Shown here: piece by piece, positions 31,807 through 39,367 of the stretch
How the letters are laid out: each line of letters opens with the position of its first letter
Numbering within the stretch: the stretch's first letter is position 1
NCBI GenBank assembly: GCA_963841735.1
Contig: CAWJDT010000004.1
Coordinates: 32,001-96,000 of the forward strand
Direction of reading: 5' to 3'
From: an uncultured Actinomycetes bacterium
Lineage (GTDB): Bacteria > Actinomycetota > Thermoleophilia > RBG-16-64-13
Length of the DNA: 64,000 nucleotides
Notes under the pieces: model-generated
The model's database searches: none
Told to the model about the DNA's origin: nothing
Seen by the model: only the letters and a program-made list of their open reading frames with translations
Made by a program: the position numbers and the translations under genes

Positions 31807-33045
31807 GTGATGGCTGATCGGCCCGTCGTCCTCCTCGGGGTAACGGGAGGGATAGCCGCATTCAAGGCCGCCGAGCTGCTCAGGGGCCTGCAGAAGGCCG
31901 GCATGGAAGTGCGGGTGGTGATGACCCGTGCGGCCACCCAGTTTGTGGGGCCCATGACTTTCGAGACGCTTTCTGGTGCTCCGGTTCGTCTCGACGAGGT
32001 GAGCGAGTTGCGGGCCGACTCGCGCATCACCCATGTAGAAGACAGCCAAGACGCCGACATCATGGTCATCGCTCCGGCGACGGCCAACACTCTGGCCAAG
32101 ATGGCCAACGGCATAGCCGACAACCTGCTCACTTCGATGTTTCTTGCCTTCGGCAAGACCGTGGTGGTGGCGCCGGCTATGAACACCAACATGTGGGAGC
32201 ACCTCGCCACCCAGAGCAACGTCGCCGTGCTCCGTGATCGCGGAGTCTTCGTCGTCGAGCCGGGAGCGGGGGAGTTGGCTTGCGGTGACTACGGGTCCGG
32301 CCGCATGGCCGAGCCCAATAGCATCGTGGCCGAGGTGAAGCTGCGGCTCCAGGTGCAGCGCAAGCGCGACCTGCGCGGACTCCGGGTTTTGATTACCGCC
32401 GGGGGAACCAGGGAGCCCATCGACGCGGTGCGCTTCATCGGCAACCGTAGCTCTGGCAAGATGGGGTTCGCTTTGGCGCGGGCGGCGTTCGACCGAGGGG
32501 CGGAGGTGGTCTTGGTGGAGGCCAACGTCGATATGCCTGCCGTGCCAGGAGTGCGCGAGATCGAAGCGCCCACCGCCGGGGAGATGCATGCTGAGGTTAT
32601 GAAGCGCTTTCCCGACACCGACATCCTCATCATGGCCGCGGCCGTGGCCGACTATAGGGTGGCTGACGGGCCGGCGGGCGGCAAGATCGGCAAGGGCCGG
32701 GACGAGTGGGCCATCGACCTGCAGGCCACTCCCGACATCCTGTGTGATGTGTCCGCCAACAAGGACGACCAGTTCCTGGTGGGCTTTGCAGCTGAGTATG
32801 GTCTGGAGAATCTGTCCCGCGCGCGGGACAAGATGGAGCGGAAGTCGCTCGACATGATCGTGTTCAACGACATCTCGCGAAGCGACATCGGTTTTGATTC
32901 CGATTTCAACGAAGTGCGCATCCTCGGCCGCGACTCTGAGGTCGTGCTGGACAAGGCACCGAAAGAGACCATCGCCGAGCTTATCTTGGACAACATCGCC
33001 CAGGCCGCCAGGGCGCGGCTCGGGGGAGCGCCTGTTCCGGCGTAG
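31807..33045 (+). CDS. coaBC: Phosphopantothenoylcysteine decarboxylase/ligase
   Basis: GVTGGIAA, APATAN, PAMN, ACGD.G.GRM, TAGGTRE.ID.VRFI.N.SSGKMG, GFAAE. Confidence 0.97.
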   Translation: MMADRPVVLLGVTGGIAAFKAAELLRGLQKAGMEVRVVMTRAATQFVGPMTFETLSGAPVRLDEVSELRADSRITHVEDSQDADIMVIAPATANTLAKMANGIADNLLTSMFLAFGKTVVVAPAMNTNMWEHLATQSNVAVLRDRGVFVVEPGAGELACGDYGSGRMAEPNSIVAEVKLRLQVQRKRDLRGLRVLITAGGTREPIDAVRFIGNRSSGKMGFALARAAFDRGAEVVLVEANVDMPAVPGVREIEAPTAGEMHAEVMKRFPDTDILIMAAAVADYRVADGPAGGKIGKGRDEWAIDLQATPDILCDVSANKDDQFLVGFAAEYGLENLSRARDKMERKSLDMIVFNDISRSDIGFDSDFNEVRILGRDSEVVLDKAPKETIAELILDNIAQAARARLGGAPVPA

Positions 33046-33055
33046 TCCCATGACT

Positions 33056-34144
33056 TCATGGTTCGGCTAGTCGCGCAGACTCGATGAACAATGCGCTGGT
33101 CCACGACCCGCCGTCCTCGTCACCCCAGAAGGCAAGAATCTTCAGCTTGACACGGTACTCGTATATGGCTGGGCGATTGGAGCCTTGCGCGTACTCGGCC
33201 ACCTGTACGAGCGCGGTCAACTCGTACGTCGCGGACATGTCGGACACCCCGGTGGGATAGTCTGGGAGTTCCACATGCCAGATCGAGTAGGAATCGAGTT
33301 TGCCGGCGCTGCGTTTTGCTTTGAGGTCGGCGATGATGTTGCGGGCTTCGGGAGTGAAGTAGTAAGAGAGGCTATTGGCCTCCGTATCGGCGATCACCAT
33401 TCGGTAGACTTCGCTGACGTCCGAAGTGACCCACGACATGTCGCGCACGGCGTTCTGGATCGCTTGTTGGTGCACGCGCTCCGTCTCGTCCCTGTCACGA
33501 AACCATGTTGTTGACACGGCGCCGTACGCGAGATAGCCGACGAATAACAGGATGAGCGCGGCTCTGATCGCCCAGGCGACGCGCGCCAGCCCCCGGCGGG
33601 ATGCTCCAGGTATGTCATGGTTGCGAACGACCCTGGCGTTGTCGCCAACCTGGACGCGACGCAGGTCAGTTACATACATGCCGGTTGTCAGATGTCCACG
33701 CTTGTTGCGCGCTCTTGACCACCACCAGACAGAAGCGGCCAGCACGGCGGCCAGGTAGAACGAGCCGAAGATCCTCCAGTATATGCCCGGTGACTGGTCG
33801 AACCAGGAGGTAACGAGCAGAGGTACCAGGAAGAGTCCGAGTAGGAATAGCCACAGGGCAACATCTACGAGAAGAGCGGCAGATCTTTTCCACGCCGGCG
33901 CTTCGGGAAGCGACGACCCGCCGGCCAATACGCCCCGCTCCTGAAGAATCCGGGCAGCAAGCACTTCAGGAGTTCCAAAGCGTGCAAGTGCGAGGGCGTC
34001 GTCCCCACCGGCTTCTGCGATGGCCTTCGCCAAGTGGCCGCGGACTTCAGCCACTATCTCCGCGGCCTCTGCTGGGCCGAGGGCCTCCAAGCCTATCGAG
34101 AGTTGCCTGAAGTACCGGACCATCGGGTCTATCCGTTCAGTCAT
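33056..34144 (-). CDS. HAAS (DUF1700-like) plus RDD-like membrane protein with extracellular C-terminus, paralogue 2
   Basis: L..LGPAEAAEIVAEVRGHL...LARFGTPEVLAA; APAWKRSAALLVD. SD GGAGG before ATG 34144. Confidence 0.75.
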   Translation of the reverse strand: MTERIDPMVRYFRQLSIGLEALGPAEAAEIVAEVRGHLAKAIAEAGGDDALALARFGTPEVLAARILQERGVLAGGSSLPEAPAWKRSAALLVDVALWLFLLGLFLVPLLVTSWFDQSPGIYWRIFGSFYLAAVLAASVWWWSRARNKRGHLTTGMYVTDLRRVQVGDNARVVRNHDIPGASRRGLARVAWAIRAALILLFVGYLAYGAVSTTWFRDRDETERVHQQAIQNAVRDMSWVTSDVSEVYRMVIADTEANSLSYYFTPEARNIIADLKAKRSAGKLDSYSIWHVELPDYPTGVSDMSATYELTALVQVAEYAQGSNRPAIYEYRVKLKILAFWGDEDGGSWTSALFIESARLAEP

Positions 34145-34163
34145 CGCGATCCTCCCCGTCCGA

Positions 34164-35237
34164 CTACTTGACCAGGTCCAGCGATTCGATGTGCCAACAG
34201 CCATCCCACTCGGCTGCTTCCCCCTCAGAGCCAGTGGAGTAGACAACTTGGTATCGGCATCGGACCGGCGCATTCGAGCCACGTGCGTACTCCAAAGCAC
34301 TGACCAGCATGACCACCCTGCACGGAGTGTTCGTCTTCCATACAGGGGAGGACGGCCAAGCAGATGGCGACACCGAGTCTATTTCGTATGAGTCCATCTT
34401 GCCCTGAGCGTGTCGAGCTAGGAGCGCGCGAGCGGCATCGCCCGCGGCGGGAGCGAACAAGCCCTGGATACTCGCGGGCTGCTCTCCGACCAGGACCATC
34501 TGGTAGATGTGGCTGACGAGCACGGCGGCGTCGGAGGTGTACTGAGCGACGGCTTCCTCCTGAACCATGTGGTCGCGCATGCCGAAACCCTCCCTCTGCA
34601 AGAAGAACGAGTGCGCGAAGCAGGCCAGGACCACAAGGACAAGCACCGCCGCGATCGTCGAGATGATGCGCCCTAGGACTCCTCGGGCCACTCCTGGGAT
34701 ATCTCGGGCGCGCACCATCCGGTTCGCCGGGCCCACGCGGATGCGGCGCAGGCCCATAATGCTGACGCCGGTGGTCAAGTGGCCGCTGCGGCGGCGTTGC
34801 CAAAACCACCATGCCACCCAGACGGCTGCCGCGACGCCCGCCAACGCGTAACGAGCGGCCGTCGGGCGGAAGACCAGCTCGCCTGAGTACCTGGGGAAGT
34901 ACATCGCAAGGTACACCAACAGGAAGAGGCCGGCGAGGCCAAAAGCGATGTCAATAGCCAACGCCGCCGTTCGCTTCCATGCGGGCGCCTCAGGGACTGT
35001 GGAGCCGCCCACCAGGACTCCGCGCTCTTCGAGGATACGTGTCGCCAGCACATGAGGATCGCCAAACCGAGCGAGGGCCACTATCTCGTCGCCGCCTGTT
35101 TCGGCGGTTGTCTCGGCGAGAAGGCTCCGGATTTCGGCAAGCACCTCCTTTGTCTCCGCGGGCCCAAGGGCCTCCAGACCCTCCGCTAGTCGAAGAAGGA
35201 AGCTCTCACCTTCGCTAAGTGTCTTGTCCACCGGCAT
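34164..35237 (-). CDS. HAAS plus RDD-like membrane protein, paralogue 1
   Basis: LEALGPAETKEVLAEIRS...LARFGDPHVLA; APAWKRTAALAID; GHLTTG...GLR. Collinear with paralogue 2. Confidence 0.75.
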   Translation of the reverse strand: MPVDKTLSEGESFLLRLAEGLEALGPAETKEVLAEIRSLLAETTAETGGDEIVALARFGDPHVLATRILEERGVLVGGSTVPEAPAWKRTAALAIDIAFGLAGLFLLVYLAMYFPRYSGELVFRPTAARYALAGVAAAVWVAWWFWQRRRSGHLTTGVSIMGLRRIRVGPANRMVRARDIPGVARGVLGRIISTIAAVLVLVVLACFAHSFFLQREGFGMRDHMVQEEAVAQYTSDAAVLVSHIYQMVLVGEQPASIQGLFAPAAGDAARALLARHAQGKMDSYEIDSVSPSAWPSSPVWKTNTPCRVVMLVSALEYARGSNAPVRCRYQVVYSTGSEGEAAEWDGCWHIESLDLVK

Positions 35238-35571
35238 TCTCCCCCTCCAAACGGCTCATCGACGCGACCAACACGTTCCACTCCCGGCGTCCGTTCTCCA
35301 GAAAGGCGGCTCCGGCGGCGCTGACTCTGTAGTATTTGCGCGGAGGGCCTACAGTCGCCTCGACCCAGCGCGACGTCAGCAGGCCATCCGCCTCAAGTCG
35401 CTTGAGCAAGGGGTAGACGGTACTCTCGCCGGCGACGAGTTGGCCGAGTGACAGCAGCTGCTTCACGATGGCGTAGCCGTGGAGCTCACCCCTGAGGGCA
35501 AGTAAGCGCAGGACGAGAAGCTCTATGACTCCCTTCCTGAGCTGCACGAGCCACTGATCGGTGCCGTCCAA
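35215..35571 (-). CDS. PadR family transcriptional regulator (short subfamily)
   Basis: QLRKGVIEL, HGYAI, ESTVYPLLKRLE, GPPRKYY. TTG start after GGGGGTGA. Confidence 0.93.
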   Translation of the reverse strand: MDGTDQWLVQLRKGVIELLVLRLLALRGELHGYAIVKQLLSLGQLVAGESTVYPLLKRLEADGLLTSRWVEATVGPPRKYYRVSAAGAAFLENGRREWNVLVASMSRLEGENAGGQDT

Positions 35572-35598
35572 ATCACCCCCGACGCGTCGCACATTGGC

Positions 35599-35617
35599 TA
35601 CCACGTCATGCACAGTA
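35599..35617. promoter_or_regulatory. Putative PadR autoregulatory operator overlapping an extended -10
   Basis: TACC-N11-AGTA resembles the TACT-N11-AGTA boxes of short PadR proteins. Overlaps minus-strand TGGTACTGT. Confidence 0.5.
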
Positions 35618-35711
35618 CCATGCTATGGGCGGTAGTGCTGGGAGGGTGCGTAGGAATTCAGGATTCCGTGGGAACAGCAACCTGCGCTCAGGGCAACGGT
35701 GCATAAGGACA

Positions 35712-35737
35712 AGAGGCGCGCCTTGCGGCGCGCCTCT
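35712..35737 (-). terminator. Intrinsic terminator-like hairpin downstream of the rpoD paralogue
   Basis: Perfect 11-bp stem AGAGGCGCGCC with a GCAA loop on the minus strand; weak U tail. Confidence 0.7.
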
Positions 35738-35792
35738 CGGTCTACTCGTTAGCAGCGCCTGTGGCGCCATGGGGTCTGTCGCCGCGGGGGGG

Positions 35793-36881
35793 CTAAGCCG
35801 TCTCCCGAAGCGCCTGGATCTCTTCAGCGGCCTTGATCTGCTCCAGAGCCTTCGCCTCGATCTGGCGGATGCGCTCCCGGCTTACGTTGAAACGCGAACT
35901 CACCTCGGCAAGGGTGCGAGGATGCTCGCCCTTCAGGCCGAATCGGAGCTCAACAACTTTGCGCTCGCGCTCGTCCATGGACTTGAGAACCCGGTCGAGA
36001 CTCTCCTTCGCCAGCCTGGTGGCGACCTCGTCGGCGGGGTCGGGCGTCTTCGAGTTCTCGATGAAATCGCCTAACTCGGCGTCTTCTTCGTCACCGATGG
36101 GAGTCTCGAGGGACGTAGTGCGCTGCGCGATCTTGCGCATCTCCTGCACTTCCTGAGGGTCGATACCCAGTTCGGCGGCGAGATCGTCGTCGTTGGGCTC
36201 GCGACCGGTCTCCTGCAGCAGTTTGCGCTCGGTGCGGACCATCTTGTTTATCTTCTCGATCATATGCACCGGTATGCGGATGTTGCGGTCCTGATTGGCA
36301 ATGGCCCGGGTGATGGCCTGACGGATCCACCAGGTGGCGTAGGTGGAGAACTTGTATCCCTTGCGGTAGTCGAACTTCTCCACGGCGCGGATGAGGCCTG
36401 TGTTGCCCTCTTGGATGAGGTCAAGGAGGTCCATGTCCTGGGTGTAGTAGTTTTTGGCGATAGAGATGACCAACCGCAGGTTTGACTGGATCATGCGATC
36501 TTTGGACCGCTTGTCGCCAGCCTCGATGCGCTTGGCCAGCTCGATCTCCTCGCTCTTGGAGAGGAGGGGGATCTCGCCGGCTTCCTTGAGGTACAGCCGC
36601 AATGGGTCATGAGTCACGGTCTGAATGGAGAGGTCGAGCGCAGGCTCGGTAGGCTCCAACACACCCTGGGTGACCGGGCTTTGTTCGTAGATCTCGATGG
36701 ATTGGTCGAAGAGTTGGGAGTAGAGGTCTTCGATCTCCTCCATGGCCATGTCGTATTCTTCGACCAGCGCCATGATCTCGTCACTGGTGACGTATCCGCG
36801 CTCCTGGCCGACCTGAAGAAGATCCTGCACGTCCACGATAGTGCGGACGTCGATGGTGGGGATGTCACTTTCCCTTTGCAC
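35793..36881 (-). CDS. RpoD/SigA-family sigma-70 factor, probably a non-primary paralogue
   Basis: Regions 1.1 (GQERGYVT), 1.2 (DPLRLYL), 2 (DLIQEGN, FSTYATWWIRQAI) and 4.2 (SRERIRQIE). Deviant ANQDRNIRIP and TLAEVSSRF. Not adjacent to dnaG. Confidence 0.9.
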   Translation of the reverse strand: MQRESDIPTIDVRTIVDVQDLLQVGQERGYVTSDEIMALVEEYDMAMEEIEDLYSQLFDQSIEIYEQSPVTQGVLEPTEPALDLSIQTVTHDPLRLYLKEAGEIPLLSKSEEIELAKRIEAGDKRSKDRMIQSNLRLVISIAKNYYTQDMDLLDLIQEGNTGLIRAVEKFDYRKGYKFSTYATWWIRQAITRAIANQDRNIRIPVHMIEKINKMVRTERKLLQETGREPNDDDLAAELGIDPQEVQEMRKIAQRTTSLETPIGDEEDAELGDFIENSKTPDPADEVATRLAKESLDRVLKSMDERERKVVELRFGLKGEHPRTLAEVSSRFNVSRERIRQIEAKALEQIKAAEEIQALRETA

Positions 36882-36941
36882 TGTCTTCTGCTATCCTAAC
36901 GGTAGATTTAGCATTCCTCTTGCGAACCGTCGCATACCACA

Positions 36942-36979
36942 AACCGCAATATTATACTCTGCGGTTGGTTACCCGTCAA
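36942..36979 (-). promoter_or_regulatory. Proximal sigma70 promoter of the rpoD paralogue with an overlapping inverted repeat
   Basis: Minus strand TTGACG-N17-TATAAT (36979-36951). AACCGCA-N11-TGCGGTT (36942-36966) straddles the -10. Confidence 0.8.
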
Positions 36980-37006
36980 TAACACGTTTCAAACCATACT
37001 CTAATT

Positions 37007-37035
37007 ATTGTACCGAACAAACGTTCGTGACACAA
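37007..37035 (-). promoter_or_regulatory. Distal promoter containing a LexA (SOS/Cheo) box
   Basis: Minus strand TTGTGT-N17-TACAAT. The spacer holds CGAACAAACGTTCG (37014-37027), an exact match to CGAACRNRYGTTCG. Confidence 0.8.
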
Positions 37036-37203
37036 TACCTGTGATGTCCTCCTTACGCTCCCTTTACGGACGGCGGCCCAAGTAGCCTGGTTCCGGTCGG
37101 TCGAAGTCGTTGCAGCGTTGAGCACTCGTCCTTCCCGCGACCGCCAATGTGTGAGACATTCTTGCTGCCGCTGTCCACTGGACGATGTGCATGAGGAGTC
37201 ATC

Positions 37204-38253
37204 GTGGAAGAGAATGAAGAGCGCCAAATTACGAGCGACGTACCGGTGACGCTTGCTCTTGATGCCGAAGGAGGCGACGACGCCCCTAATGAGATCGTAG
37301 CCGGCGGGTTGCTGGCGGCGTCACCCAGTCTCAAGGTGCTTCTGGTCGGGCGGCCAGAAGTCATCGAACCGCTGCTGGTTGGGGCCGATCGCAGCAATGT
37401 GGAGATAGTCGCCAGTAGCTCTGTCATCGACTGTCATCTTGAGTCCGCCTCCGCGGTAAAGAACATGCCGGATTCATCTATCGTGGTCGGAGCGCGCACG
37501 GTCGCGGACGGCCGGTCGCAGGGGTTTGTCTCGGCCGGGAGCACCGGGGCGATGCTTGCGGCGGCTCTGCTGGTTGTCAAGCGGGCCGGGAGTATCAGAC
37601 GCCCGGCTATTGTCACGACCCTTCCCGGCACTGGCGGACCGCTGGTGTTCCTGGATGCTGGGGCCAACGCAGATTGCCGGCCTGAGCATTTGCTTGAGTT
37701 CGGGGTCCTGGGCACCGCGTTCGCCCGCACGGTGTTGGGGATGAGCGAACCGCGCCTAGGTTTGCTCAATATCGGAGAGGAGCGGAACAAGGGCAGTGAG
37801 CTCGCCCGCGCTGCCTACGACTTGCTGGCCGCGTCGAATCTCAACTTCGTGGGCAACATAGAGGGCCGTGATCTACTGAAGGGCACCGCGGATGTGGTGG
37901 TCACCGACGGCTTCACCGGCAACGTGACTCTCAAACTGCTCGAAGGATGCTCCTCCGTGCTTTTGGGACGAGTCAAAGAGGCTGCGAACAGTGGCCTGCG
38001 GGCCAAACTTGGCGGCTTTCTCTTGCGCCCGGCCCTCCGCGGGGTACGTGAGGGCCTTGACCCGGAGAAGTACGGGGGCACGTATCTCTTGGGGGTACGT
38101 GGTCTGGTTGTGATCTGCCACGGCAATTCATCGCGTCACGCCATCGCCAATGCTCTGCGCTTCGGAGCGGAGGCGCTGCGGAAGGGTGTCTTGCCGGGAG
38201 TGGAACGGGAACTGGCTCGGCTTAGCGGCGAGGAAACCCCTGCTGCTACTTGA
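37204..38253 (+). CDS. plsX: Phosphate acyltransferase
   Basis: ALDAEGGDDAP, SAGSTGA, LDAGAN, LLNIGEE..KG, DGFTGN, ICHGNS. Confidence 0.96.
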   Translation: MEENEERQITSDVPVTLALDAEGGDDAPNEIVAGGLLAASPSLKVLLVGRPEVIEPLLVGADRSNVEIVASSSVIDCHLESASAVKNMPDSSIVVGARTVADGRSQGFVSAGSTGAMLAAALLVVKRAGSIRRPAIVTTLPGTGGPLVFLDAGANADCRPEHLLEFGVLGTAFARTVLGMSEPRLGLLNIGEERNKGSELARAAYDLLAASNLNFVGNIEGRDLLKGTADVVVTDGFTGNVTLKLLEGCSSVLLGRVKEAANSGLRAKLGGFLLRPALRGVREGLDPEKYGGTYLLGVRGLVVICHGNSSRHAIANALRFGAEALRKGVLPGVERELARLSGEETPAAT

Positions 38254-38327
38254 CCGCCATTGGTACAATATCGCGGCGTACAGCGTATGCACGATGATCG
38301 TCCATAAGAACTGGTAAGGAGTAGCAG

Positions 38328-38567
38328 ATGAGCAAAGACGAGATCCTCGCTAAGGTGCGTGACATCCTGGTCGATCAGCTGGGCGTGGATGCCAATGACG
38401 TCACGCTGGAAGCTTCGTTTCAGGATGACCTCAATGCCGACAGCCTGGACCTGGTAGAGCTCATAATGGAGCTTGAAGACCAGTTTGGCGTCAAGATCAG
38501 CGATGAAGAGGCTCAGACTCTCACGACTGTGGGCGCGGCGGTCGATTTCATCGCCGTCCGCGTATAG
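38328..38567 (+). CDS. acpP: Acyl carrier protein
   Basis: [19 protein letters not shown]. Confidence 0.97.
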   Translation: MSKDEILAKVRDILVDQLGVDANDVTLEASFQDDLNADSLDLVELIMELEDQFGVKISDEEAQTLTTVGAAVDFIAVRV

Positions 38568-38586
38568 CGTTCGCCTGCGACACGGG

Positions 38587-39366
38587 ATGGGGCTGCTTGG
38601 ACTGTCGGCGTTGGTGCGAGCAGTGCCTGCCCGGTTGTTGCAGCGTCCCCTGCGCTCCGACAAGCGTGGCGACGGCTGCGGCGCGCCGGGGACTACCTTG
38701 CTGGAGTTGATCAGGGAGCTACCGTCAGATCTTCGCAAGAATGCGCTCACCCATTCGTCGTGGGTGGAGACTCGGAGCGAATCAAACGAACGCCTCGAGT
38801 TTCTCGGCGACAGTGTGCTGGGTCTTGCTATCGCGTCGACTCTTCACCGTCGCTATCCGGAGGGAGAAGAGGGCGACTTAGCGCGCCTAAAAGCGTTTGT
38901 GGTCAGCCGGGCGAGCTGCGCGCAGGTGGCAGAACGGCTTGACATAGCCGGGCTCATGACGCAGGAGGGAGCGGCGAGCGACCCCAGACGGGCGGCGGCT
39001 CTGCGGAACCGCACGATACTTGGGAACACTCTGGAAGCGCTGATCGGGGCGGCGTTCCTGAGCTACGGCTTCGAGCAGACCCGGTTGGCTGTGGTCGCAG
39101 CCTTCGAGGAGCAGATTGTTTACGCAGTCACCAGCTATGTGGACCACAAGACCGCTCTCCAGGAACGACTTGCCCCTCGGGGCTGCCATCCGGCCTATCG
39201 GCTGGTGGAGGAGTCCGGGCCGCCCCACGCACGCATGTTCACCTCCGAGGTGAATGCGATCGGGGGCGTGCGCGGTCGGGGCAGCGGTACCACGATAAAG
39301 GCGAGCGAACAGGCCGCAGCCAAGGAGGCACTTGCCTGCCTAAGCGACAGCTCTCCGGAGGGCTGA
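38587..39366 (+). CDS. rnc: Ribonuclease III
   Basis: ALTHSS, NERLEFLGDSVL, EALIGA, dsRBD GPPH...KASEQAAA. Start uncertain. Confidence 0.95.
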   Translation: MGLLGLSALVRAVPARLLQRPLRSDKRGDGCGAPGTTLLELIRELPSDLRKNALTHSSWVETRSESNERLEFLGDSVLGLAIASTLHRRYPEGEEGDLARLKAFVVSRASCAQVAERLDIAGLMTQEGAASDPRRAAALRNRTILGNTLEALIGAAFLSYGFEQTRLAVVAAFEEQIVYAVTSYVDHKTALQERLAPRGCHPAYRLVEESGPPHARMFTSEVNAIGGVRGRGSGTTIKASEQAAAKEALACLSDSSPEG

Positions 39367-39367
39367 C

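Noticed and set aside
36908-36934. CIRCE (HrcA) element
   Set aside because: Only a left-arm-like TTAGCATTC is present; no GAGTGCTAA arm 9 nt downstream.
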